From IMG/VR virus record IMGVR_UViG_3300027770_001980, positions 124,001 through 188,000 of that record: a stretch of 64,000 bases of DNA, one strand, 5' to 3'. The position numbers were made by a program, and so were the translations under genes. Below, in pieces: positions 9,802 through 17,610 of this stretch. Under the pieces are notes generated by a model that searched no databases, was not told the origin of the DNA, and was given only the letters and a program-made list of their open reading frames with translations. How positions within the stretch are numbered: position 1 is the stretch's first letter; every line of letters starts with the position of its first letter.

Positions 9802-11582
9802 TGTTTCGACTTAAAAATATCACAGTTAAGAACTTTCTTAGCGTAGGAAATCAAACCCAAGCAGTGGACTTTGATAAACAGGCCCTGACATTGGTATTAG
9901 GATCTAACCTCGATCTCGGCGGTGATGATACCGGTTCTCGTAATGGTACCGGTAAAACTACCATCGTCAACGCATTATCGTATGCATTATACGGTCAAGC
10001 CCTAACTAATATCAAACGAGAAAACTTAATCAACAAAACTAACGGCAAATCCATGTTAGTTACTGTTGAGTTTGAAAAGAATAATACAAAATTTCGTATA
10101 GAGCGTGGTCGTAAACCCAACATATTGAAACTATTTGTCAACGATAGTCAACTAAAAACAGAAGATAGCGAGGACGATAGCCAAGGCGATAGTAGAGAAA
10201 CACAAAAGGCCATTGAACAAATGTTGGAAATGAGCCATACAATGTTCAAACATCTTGTGGCCTTGAATACCTACACAGAACCTTTCTTGAGTATGAAGGC
10301 TGCGGATCAGCGTGAAGTCATTGAACAACTGTTAGGTATCACTTTATTAAGTGAAAAAGCAGAAGCATTGAAGATTTTAGTCAAAGAAAGCAAGGATCTT
10401 ATACAGCAAGAGTCATTTAAGATCGAGGGTATCAAGGCTGCTAACGAAAATGTGCAGAAAAGCATTGATAGTTTAGGTATTAAGAGCAGTGCTTGGGAAA
10501 CAAAGAAAGATTCTGACATTGAAAACTTAGGTCGTGCTATGATGCGACTTGAAAATGTCGATATTGAAGCAGAATTAGCAGCACATGCTCAACTTAAAGT
10601 ATGGGCAGAGAACAATACCAAGATATCAAACCTTAATCGACAGAAGGCAACTCTGGAATCTGCTGTAGGGCAGGCTGAAAAAACTGTTAAGAAGTATGAG
10701 CGAGAGTTAGAAAGCCTTGCAAATAAAACGTGTCATGCTTGTGAACAGGAACTTCACGATCATAAACATGAAGAAATGACCACTGTTGCTGTCCAACATT
10801 TAGAAGAATCAATGAAATACTTTGATAAGGTATCTCAAGACTTACTAAAGATTGTAGATGAAACCACACAGATAGGCACACAATCACGTAGACCTGAAAC
10901 TTTCTACGATACAGAAGCAGAAGCATTAGGACACAAGAATAATTTAGATGGATTAGAGAAAAGTCTAACCACAAGGATTGGCGAATCAAACCCTTACGAA
11001 GAACAAATCGAAGAATTAAAGAAGACCGCTATACAAGAAATCAATTGGGCTGCTGTAAATGAGTTAACCAAGCTCAAAGATCATCAAGAGTTCCTACTGA
11101 AACTACTGACCAACAAGGACAGTTTTATCCGTAAGAAAATTATCGATCAGAATTTAAGTTACTTAAACAAGCGATTGAGTTATTATATTGACAAACTCGG
11201 ATTGCCGCATCGTGTTGTATTCCAAAATGATTTAAGTATTGAGATCACGCAGTTAGGACAGGATTTAGATTTTGATAATTTAAGCAGAGGCGAGCGTAAC
11301 AGATTGATCCTAAGTATGAGTTTTGCTTTCCGAGATGTTTGGGAAGGGCTATATCAAAGTATCAATTTATTATTTGTAGATGAACTTATGGATGCTGGTA
11401 TGGATGCTGCCGGTGTAGAAGCCGGATTAGCGGTTCTAAAGAAGATGGCCAGGGAACGCAATAAGAATATATACTTAATATCACACAAGGATGAGTTAGT
11501 AGGTAGGGTAAACAATGTGCTTAGAGTTATCAAAGAAAATGGTTTTACCTCCTACAGCAACGATGTAGACTATGTCGAGTGA
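9801..11582 (+). CDS. gp46: Recombination ATPase subunit, Rad50/SbcC-like
   Basis: Walker A NGTGKT, coiled coil with CHAC zinc hook, signature LSRGE, Walker B LLFVDE, ISH loop. Confidence 0.93.
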   Translation: MFRLKNITVKNFLSVGNQTQAVDFDKQALTLVLGSNLDLGGDDTGSRNGTGKTTIVNALSYALYGQALTNIKRENLINKTNGKSMLVTVEFEKNNTKFRIERGRKPNILKLFVNDSQLKTEDSEDDSQGDSRETQKAIEQMLEMSHTMFKHLVALNTYTEPFLSMKAADQREVIEQLLGITLLSEKAEALKILVKESKDLIQQESFKIEGIKAANENVQKSIDSLGIKSSAWETKKDSDIENLGRAMMRLENVDIEAELAAHAQLKVWAENNTKISNLNRQKATLESAVGQAEKTVKKYERELESLANKTCHACEQELHDHKHEEMTTVAVQHLEESMKYFDKVSQDLLKIVDETTQIGTQSRRPETFYDTEAEALGHKNNLDGLEKSLTTRIGESNPYEEQIEELKKTAIQEINWAAVNELTKLKDHQEFLLKLLTNKDSFIRKKIIDQNLSYLNKRLSYYIDKLGLPHRVVFQNDLSIEITQLGQDLDFDNLSRGERNRLILSMSFAFRDVWEGLYQSINLLFVDELMDAGMDAAGVEAGLAVLKKMARERNKNIYLISHKDELVGRVNNVLRVIKENGFTSYSNDVDYVE

Positions 11583-11937
11583 GAATTATAATAGATATAA
11601 AGAAATACATTCAGAATATCTCTCGCGGTTTGTAGATTTGCATAACTATCATCAAGAGTTTCTCGACTTTCCTTCGTTTCAGAAGGGTGCAAGGGTTAGA
11701 AAAGCCATTTCCGATATGATTATATTGGAGAGAAAGTTACGCAAACTCTCGTCAGCAGTGTATGCTGAGCATAAGAAAAATGTCAAAGCAGGTCACATAG
11801 CAGAAAAACGAGAGAAAGCAAGACTAAGGGCTCTTCCAAAGAAGCGTGGAAGGCCAAAAGTAAAAGAGATAGTAGTTAACACAAGAGGTCGAGGAAGACC
11901 AAGAAAGGACGAAAATGTCAACAACACAACAAATTAA
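11572..11937 (+). CDS. Basic DNA-binding protein: Hc1-like helical region plus two AT-hook motifs
   Basis: KGARVRKAISDM resembles AGTRARKALADL of the next gene; KKRGRPK (11839-11859) and RGRGRPRK (11884-11907). Confidence 0.55.
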   Translation: MSSENYNRYKEIHSEYLSRFVDLHNYHQEFLDFPSFQKGARVRKAISDMIILERKLRKLSSAVYAEHKKNVKAGHIAEKREKARLRALPKKRGRPKVKEIVVNTRGRGRPRKDENVNNTTN

Positions 11938-12115
11938 AGATCAAGTAGCATTATTCTTATCAGAAGATGCAAAATTTGCAGCAGGTAATAGTGCTGCTGG
12001 AACCCGTGCCCGTAAGGCATTGGCAGATTTAGGCAAAGTCATGAAGACTCGACGCAATGAAATCACTGCTGAGAAGAATGCTCGCAAGGAAGCCAAGGCG
12101 GCAATGGGTCAATGA
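11915..12115 (+). CDS. Histone H1-like nucleoid protein (Hc1-type family)
   Basis: Motif GNSAAGTRARKAL, matching the GNKAAGTRARK signature of bacterial/phage Hc1-like proteins; 66 aa, K/R/A-rich. Confidence 0.7.
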   Translation: MSTTQQIKDQVALFLSEDAKFAAGNSAAGTRARKALADLGKVMKTRRNEITAEKNARKEAKAAMGQ

Positions 12116-12540
12116 CCTGGTACCATAAAGGTTCTATAGTTACAGAACTGCCCGAGGATTGTGTGGGATTCGTTTATCTTATCTCATGCAATACTTCTGG
12201 TAGGCTCTATGTTGGCAAAAAATTAGCAAAGTTTGCAAAGACGACCTACAAAACTGTAAAGTTAAAGAACGGCACTAAGAAGAAAAAGAAGATCAGAAGC
12301 AAGATCAACAGCGACTGGCAAGAATATTATGGCTCCAGTGCGGAACTTACCGCAGATATAGAAACATTAGGCAAAGAAAATTTCACAAGAGAGATATTAC
12401 ATTACTGTAAAAGCAAAGCAGAAACATCTTACGTTGAGGCCCGTGAACAATTCGACCGCAAAGTATTAGAATCAAATGAATATTATAACGGACAGATCTC
12501 AGTCCGTGTCCATGGCTCCCACATAAAAAACAAAATTTAG
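12112..12540 (+). CDS. Stand-alone GIY-YIG family nuclease
   Basis: GFVYLI...LYVGKK, DWQEYYGSS, FTREIL, EAREQF, YYNG motifs; ATGA overlap with the Hc1-like gene. Confidence 0.75.
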   Translation: MTWYHKGSIVTELPEDCVGFVYLISCNTSGRLYVGKKLAKFAKTTYKTVKLKNGTKKKKKIRSKINSDWQEYYGSSAELTADIETLGKENFTREILHYCKSKAETSYVEAREQFDRKVLESNEYYNGQISVRVHGSHIKNKI

Positions 12541-12979
12541 GCTCAGTTAATCGGTTACAAGGCTCGCACCTGCTAATTTCTGGTGCCCGGAAACCTGGAT
12601 CTCGGATCACAGGGAGGGAAATCTCTTGCCGATAAGAGTGCTCAACTACTACCCGAAAGGATGAAGATCGCTATAAAGCCCTGCGATTTAGTTGTTTGAA
12701 GATGAATTTATAGGCAAAATGAAGGGAGAAAAACCCTGGGTTTACAATATGATAGCGTATATATGTAAACTGCCGTTGGATGAAGACGGAGCTCGTGGTA
12801 CCGGACAACCGCCACTGTAATGCTCTAACGCTGTGTGACTGTTCGAACTCGGATAATGTCTTTTTTTCGCCCTTGAGCGGGCGAAGTGTGACCAAGGAAT
12901 CTGGATAATATTAATTCGTCTCTAAGACGAAGTAAATTGCTCTGAGTGCGAACGAAAGAGCAAATGAACTGCGTTCATT
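12541..12979 (+). ncRNA. Candidate large structured non-coding RNA (or hairpin-rich origin); family not recognised
   Basis: Longest non-coding gap in the window, more GC-rich than other intergenic DNA, tiled with at least 11 stems (listed in findings). Strand assumed from upstream operon. Confidence 0.6.
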
Positions 12980-12987
12980 TATAAATA
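12980..12987 (+). promoter_or_regulatory. Late promoter TATAAATA
   Basis: Exact T4 late consensus 23 nt upstream of the ATG at 13011. Confidence 0.75.
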
Positions 12988-13010
12988 ACAAATACATTCA
13001 GGACTTCCAT

Positions 13011-15182
13011 ATGGACATACGGCAATTAACTTCAAGATTAGATCGAATAGAAAATAATAGATTATATGAAGGTCTAACTCTGACTGAAGTAAAGTCAGTT
13101 AAGTTATGGGAGAACGCTGGCCGATTAATTAAAGAAGCAGCCCTAACTCCTGATCAAGTACAACAACTATTCACCAGTATAGAGCAAGGTGCAACTGCTG
13201 CTGGTGGCAATAGAACCATGATAGGCAAAGGTAAAGATGCTGCGTCTGCTGTTAACAAAGCATGGGAAGATCTAAAAACCAAAGTTCAAAACAGTGCTCC
13301 TATTGCAAATGTAGATTCTGCATATGATAGTGCTGTAGCCAAAATTGAAGCAGGGTTAGGTGGGCCTGACAATGCTGTTAATCAAGTTATTCAAAAGTAT
13401 AGAGCATTTGCCAAAGCACATCCAATTGCACAGGGGTTGATCTATTCAGCCCTTATTGCTGCTGCTGGTATCAGTGGAGCAGGATTAGGTGGGGCTGCTG
13501 TATTAGGTCTGTTAAAGATGACAGACAAGTTGCTGCAAGGTGAGAAGTTTTCCAGTGCTGCTTATAGTGGTGCTAAGACCGGTGCAATGGCATATGGTGC
13601 AAGTCAGATTGGAAAAGCATTGAAAGGTGGGGATAACGCAGGTAATAGCGGACCTCATCCTAAAGGTGATACAGCAGCAGGTGGAACTGACTCTTCGAGT
13701 TATTCTCATACTGTAGGGGAGATTAATCCTAAAACCGGTCAACAACTATATTCAATAAATCAGGATGGAACTTATGATTATGGTCCTCCGGGGCTAAGTG
13801 ATGATCAATGGTTAGATTTAAAAAATCAGGCTCGACATCAACTTAGCGGTGGCGGAGACTCAGGAGCGGATCAGGCTGTTTCTGCAAAGGCCAACATGGC
13901 TTCACACCGAGGAGCAGCAAGCGGTGACATGAAGCCCGGTGACTACCAGAATATGCCAAAAGGATATAACCAACAAGCATATGATGAATATTTAAAATCA
14001 CATCCACCCATTGGTAATAGTATCCAAGCAAAAATGATTGCAAAAGACATGGCGATGCGGCATGCTAAAGAGCAGGGATTTGATCAGGCTGTTTCTGCAA
14101 AGGCCAACATGGCTTCTGGAAATACCGCAAACCTCAGTCAGGACCAAGTTGCTGCAATGGATGGTGGAGACAATCCATTAGGTATAACTGCAAGACCAAG
14201 TATAAACAATGTAGATCAACCAGGATCAGTTGATGTTCCGGGTAGTGATAATCCATTAGGTATAACTGCAAGACCAAGTATAAACAATGTAGATCAACCA
14301 GGATCAGTTGATGTTCCGGGTAGTGATAATCCATTAGGTATAACTGCAAGACCAAGTATAAACAATGTAGATCAACCAGGATCAGTTGATCTTCCGAGTG
14401 ACAACCCATTGGGCATAACTGCAAGACCGTCGATGAATGTAGCACCTGGTGACTTTCCACCTGCAGCCGATACAGCAATTAATCGTCTAACTGGCAAACC
14501 GTTTACTAACTTTAAAGCACCATCGTGGACTGACATGTCTCCCGAACAACAGGCGGCTTTTACTCTTAAACAGCAAGCACAGGCCGCCGACGCTGCCCAA
14601 GCAGCACAAAATGCCAAAGATTATTGGGCCAACAAGTCTCCTTTAACACGCGGTTTAAAAGAAGGTGTTCAATTATCTGAAAGACAACTTGCCACATTAT
14701 TCACATTGATTCAGATTAAAAATCGTCAAGTCAATGAAGGCATGTGGGATAGTATCAAAGGTGCTGCAGGAAAAGCAGCAGGTGCAGTAGCTGATAAAGC
14801 CGCAACGGTTGGTAAGAATTTAACCACTAAAATCACCGCAGACAAATTAAACTCAGCATGGAAGAAAGCCGGTAGCCCAACAGACAGTGAGCAAGTAGCA
14901 CAGGTGATTCAAGGTGCCGGTGCAGATCCAGCATTGGTTTCAAAAGCCTTTACAGATTTAGGAATTCCTGCACCGACTGGTGAGATACAAGATCCTCCGA
15001 TGTCCAAAAATGATAAAGCAGCACCAGGAACCGATACAGCCGCAGCAGGACAACCGGATGAATTAGATGCAGTTAAAAAAAATGCAGGACTTCCTGTAGT
15101 AAATATCAAAGATCTGCTTGTACAGATAATGGCTTTATCCCCCGAAGAACAAAAGCAAGTATTAGAATACTTAAAGAAATAA
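13011..15182 (+). CDS. Putative internal head/ejection protein with tandem repeats
   Basis: Late promoter; many (L/V/I)-x-E sites (LYEG, IKEA, LKEG, VNEG) of the gp21-protease cleavage type; hydrophobic Gly/Ala segment; repeat-containing middle. Confidence 0.5.
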   Translation: MDIRQLTSRLDRIENNRLYEGLTLTEVKSVKLWENAGRLIKEAALTPDQVQQLFTSIEQGATAAGGNRTMIGKGKDAASAVNKAWEDLKTKVQNSAPIANVDSAYDSAVAKIEAGLGGPDNAVNQVIQKYRAFAKAHPIAQGLIYSALIAAAGISGAGLGGAAVLGLLKMTDKLLQGEKFSSAAYSGAKTGAMAYGASQIGKALKGGDNAGNSGPHPKGDTAAGGTDSSSYSHTVGEINPKTGQQLYSINQDGTYDYGPPGLSDDQWLDLKNQARHQLSGGGDSGADQAVSAKANMASHRGAASGDMKPGDYQNMPKGYNQQAYDEYLKSHPPIGNSIQAKMIAKDMAMRHAKEQGFDQAVSAKANMASGNTANLSQDQVAAMDGGDNPLGITARPSINNVDQPGSVDVPGSDNPLGITARPSINNVDQPGSVDVPGSDNPLGITARPSINNVDQPGSVDLPSDNPLGITARPSMNVAPGDFPPAADTAINRLTGKPFTNFKAPSWTDMSPEQQAAFTLKQQAQAADAAQAAQNAKDYWANKSPLTRGLKEGVQLSERQLATLFTLIQIKNRQVNEGMWDSIKGAAGKAAGAVADKAATVGKNLTTKITADKLNSAWKKAGSPTDSEQVAQVIQGAGADPALVSKAFTDLGIPAPTGEIQDPPMSKNDKAAPGTDTAAAGQPDELDAVKKNAGLPVVNIKDLLVQIMALSPEEQKQVLEYLKK
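13869..14116 (+). repeat. 35-bp exact direct repeat (13869-13903 and 14082-14116) encoding DQAVSAKANMAS
   Basis: GATCAGGCTGTTTCTGCAAAGGCCAACATGGCTTC occurs twice, in frame. Confidence 0.9.
14169..14430 (+). repeat. In-frame 78-bp tandem repeat (~3.4 copies) encoding DNPLGITARPSINNVDQPGSVDVPGS
   Basis: Units start at 14169, 14247, 14325 and 14400 (third unit 75 bp). Confidence 0.95.
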
Positions 15183-15193
15183 TAGGAACCCAT

Positions 15194-16429
15194 ATGAAAA
15201 TTTCTCAACTCGTTACGACTAAAACAAAAACTCCATATCATGAAAGTGTAGCCGGAAGATTACCAAGGGGTATTAAATCTCAGCAACAACTGTTAAATCT
15301 TGGATACAGGATTGCGGTTGAAGATCTTGGATTAACAAAAGCAAAAACATTAAATGAAAACTTTGCCATCAAATTAATTAATTCATATCATACTCAATGT
15401 TTAAATGAAGGTATTGGGTCATTCTTAGGTAAAGCAGCAGGGCATGTTGTAGGAGCAGTAGGTGCTGCCGGTCGTGGAATTAAAGGAGCATGGGACGATG
15501 CTAAACAAGGGTATCAACAAGGTAAAGCATGGTGGGGAAGCGGAGAAGGTCCAACAGCAAGTGGAGCAGCACCAGCCGCAGGTGGAGCAGCACCGGCAGC
15601 AGGTGGAGCAGCACCGGCAGCAGGTAGTCCTACTACAACTACATTAACCAATCCAGGTAATAATAACGCACCGGGTGGATCGGCGGAACCGGAAGCCGCA
15701 CCTTCACCGGGCGGCGCAACACCAACACCACCGGCAGCAGGAACACCTCCAACTACAGGTGGTAAAGGTGTAGGTGACATCATGAAAGCTATTGATGGAT
15801 TAGATCCTGCAAGTAAAAAACAATTAGCAGGTGAATTAGATAAAAGTATCAAAGCAGCACCACCAGCAGGTGCTGCACCAGCAGGAGCAGAAGATCCTAA
15901 TAGTGGTACCAAGACTGGCACAACAAATCCAGGTGACTGGGCAGCAGATGGAAGAGATGCCTCGGCAGCAGATCATGCAACACCGGCAAATGTAAAACCA
16001 GCAGCAGGTGGAACAACACCTCAGCCAGACGAATTAGATGCTGTTAAAAAGAATGCAGGACTTCCAACAGGCGCAACTACACCAGCAGCAGGCGCAACTA
16101 CACCAGCAGCACCCGGAGCAACTCCACCAGCAGCACCCGGAGCAACTCCACCAGCAGCAAAAGCACCTGTAACAGGAACATCAGGTGGAGCAGGTAAAAG
16201 TATGATGGACTTAAAAGGTGCCGGCGTTAGCAATGCTTCACAATTAGCTAATCTACAAAAAACTGGAGCAGCAAATTTAGCAGCGGAAAAAGGAGCGGCA
16301 AATATGAACATACAGAAACCAACTTTTGCTGCTGATAAAAGAACTCCTGCCCAAATAGCTAAAATGAAACAAGCCGGATTTAGAGAAGAAGTTGAATTCC
16401 ACAGCAACTTCCTCGGTCGGAAGATTTAA
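15194..16429 (+). CDS. Putative internal head/ejection protein, Pro/Ala/Gly/Thr-rich
   Basis: LNEN, LNEG and FREE sites; shares QPDELDAVKKNAGLP with the upstream gene; short tandem repeats GAAPAAG and GATTPAA/PGATPPAA. Confidence 0.5.
   Translation: MKISQLVTTKTKTPYHESVAGRLPRGIKSQQQLLNLGYRIAVEDLGLTKAKTLNENFAIKLINSYHTQCLNEGIGSFLGKAAGHVVGAVGAAGRGIKGAWDDAKQGYQQGKAWWGSGEGPTASGAAPAAGGAAPAAGGAAPAAGSPTTTTLTNPGNNNAPGGSAEPEAAPSPGGATPTPPAAGTPPTTGGKGVGDIMKAIDGLDPASKKQLAGELDKSIKAAPPAGAAPAGAEDPNSGTKTGTTNPGDWAADGRDASAADHATPANVKPAAGGTTPQPDELDAVKKNAGLPTGATTPAAGATTPAAPGATPPAAPGATPPAAKAPVTGTSGGAGKSMMDLKGAGVSNASQLANLQKTGAANLAAEKGAANMNIQKPTFAADKRTPAQIAKMKQAGFREEVEFHSNFLGRKI
15560..16160 (+). repeat. Short in-frame tandem repeats: ~3x21 bp (GAAPAAG, ~15560-15625); 2x21 bp plus 2x24 bp (~16068-16160)
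   Basis: Directly visible repeated GGAGCAGCACCGGCAGCAGGT, GGCGCAACTACACCAGCAGCA and CCCGGAGCAACTCCACCAGCAGCA. Confidence 0.85.
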
Positions 16430-16644
16430 AAGAACGGCATCTGGGAAGTCTTTGTAATTTCCAGATTTTCTTCAATTATTTTTGCGATAATTTCTCTGTC
16501 TTCTGGGCACAGGAGATAGGCTTCACTTATTGAGATACTTCCTCTCATGTACCAACAGATTCTAAATAAAAGATCTTTTAAGGCTTTTGAATCTCGTTCG
16601 TATTCTTGACTTAGAGCATCAATGCCCGCTATATCAAGATTCAA
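16426..16644 (-). CDS. gp51-like baseplate/tail assembly protein; probably expressed as a -1 frameshift extension of the gp26-like gene
   Basis: ICWYMRGSISISEAYLL.PEDREII motif; only a TTG start with a poorly spaced SD; reading frame open from the slippery site at 16662-16656. Confidence 0.6.
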   Translation of the reverse strand: MNLDIAGIDALSQEYERDSKALKDLLFRICWYMRGSISISEAYLLCPEDREIIAKIIEENLEITKTSQMPFF

Positions 16645-16649
16645 AAGCC

Positions 16650-17537
16650 TTATACGAAAAAAGTTGTAGGATCAAATACTAAAGGAACTTCAAGGGTTTC
16701 ACCTTTAAATCCTTTTTCTCTCATTTCCTCAGTAACTTGAATTGTTAACGGTTTAAGTGTATTAATTTCTTTTAATGCTTCGAGATGTTTTTGTACAACT
16801 GTGAATATTTCTTTATCTACATTATCCACAAACTCTTGTATGAAAAAAGGATCATCGGTACTACCCTCACTACTATCAACTTTAAAAATAGACGATCTAA
16901 CTATTCCGATAGTTACTTCGGTAAGTTTATTAAAACTTTTATTAAAGGCTTCTAATTTGTTTTCATCTGTGGCATTTTCATCATTGACTATCTGCATGAT
17001 TTTTTGAGTTTCAAATGCTTTTAATGCATTTTCACTTACTACCTTATAGTTTAAAGGACGAACAAATACTGTTAGATCTTCGGTAATTGGTACAACTGGA
17101 TCCCATGTGACCTGTTGTTGATATGCATCCATTACTAATCTCAAGTCAACATCATAGTTCAATGTTAACTCATCATCGCCTTCGCCAAAATTAACTGGAG
17201 TATCCATCTTTTCACCATATGTAGCCATGCGTACAGCTATTAACAGATAGTCAAGATCGATGCTGGGTGTCATCCAAGCATTTTTTATATTAGGAATACA
17301 ATGCTGTAATACATCGACAACTGCTTGCCCTGTCATTACCGCATCGGGAATTTTTAGCATAAGTTCATCTTTGGCAGTCATTGAGTATACAGGATATTCA
17401 CCTGTTTCGGATATTTCTAAACTACCCTCTGGCCAATATTGTCCTTCACTGGGAAACCTGATGTAGATTTTAGGCTGTCTCATAAATGACGCTAAAGGAT
17501 TTTGCTTCTTAGGAATAGTTGGTGATGATGTTTTCAT
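16650..17537 (-). CDS. gp26: Baseplate hub assembly protein, gp26-like
   Basis: NPLASFMRQPKIYIRFPSEG, YSMTAKDEL, IDLDYLLIAVRMATYGE, VRPLNY motifs; late promoter TATAAATA at 17586-17579. Confidence 0.7.
   Translation of the reverse strand: MKTSSPTIPKKQNPLASFMRQPKIYIRFPSEGQYWPEGSLEISETGEYPVYSMTAKDELMLKIPDAVMTGQAVVDVLQHCIPNIKNAWMTPSIDLDYLLIAVRMATYGEKMDTPVNFGEGDDELTLNYDVDLRLVMDAYQQQVTWDPVVPITEDLTVFVRPLNYKVVSENALKAFETQKIMQIVNDENATDENKLEAFNKSFNKLTEVTIGIVRSSIFKVDSSEGSTDDPFFIQEFVDNVDKEIFTVVQKHLEALKEINTLKPLTIQVTEEMREKGFKGETLEVPLVFDPTTFFV
16656..16662 (-). promoter_or_regulatory. Candidate -1 programmed ribosomal frameshift heptamer T TTT TTC
   Basis: X XXY YYZ pattern in the correct phase, two codons before the gp26 stop; the -1 frame continues into the gp51-like ORF. 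Confidence 0.65.
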
Positions 17538-17551
17538 GCTTTTGTCTCCGA

Positions 17552-17586
17552 TAAATAAAAGATACGATCTATAACTCTTATTTATA
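17552..17586. promoter_or_regulatory. Face-to-face late promoters: TAAATA plus (17552-17557) for tape measure; TATAAATA minus (17586-17579) for gp26
   Basis: Motif matches; the predicted 5' UTRs overlap. Confidence 0.6.
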
Positions 17587-17610
17587 TACGTAGATAACCA
17601 CCTAAAAACA

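Noticed and set aside
12612-12745. The structured element as RNase P RNA (GAGGGAAATCTC, AGATGAAT, AAACCCTGGGTTTA)
   Set aside because: Only loose matches; the P4 helix cannot be completed and spacing leaves no specificity domain. Still worth including in the cmscan check.
12836-12856. GTTCGAA as a tRNA or tmRNA T-loop
   Set aside because: Flanks do not form a 5-bp T-stem and there is no acceptor stem or CCA end.
12861-12886. TTCGCCC/GGGCGAA hairpin as an intrinsic terminator
   Set aside because: The T-run precedes the stem on the plus strand and appears as an A-run after it on the minus strand, so neither orientation has a U-tail.
12383-12895. Minus-strand ORFs 12383..12610 and 12671..12895 as real genes
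   Set aside because: Non-ATG or weak starts, no motifs; the region is better explained by base-paired structure.
14169-14430. Regular repeats as a CRISPR or guide-RNA array
   Set aside because: Units are contiguous with no unique spacers, are a multiple of 3 and lie in frame within a protein; no cas-like gene nearby.
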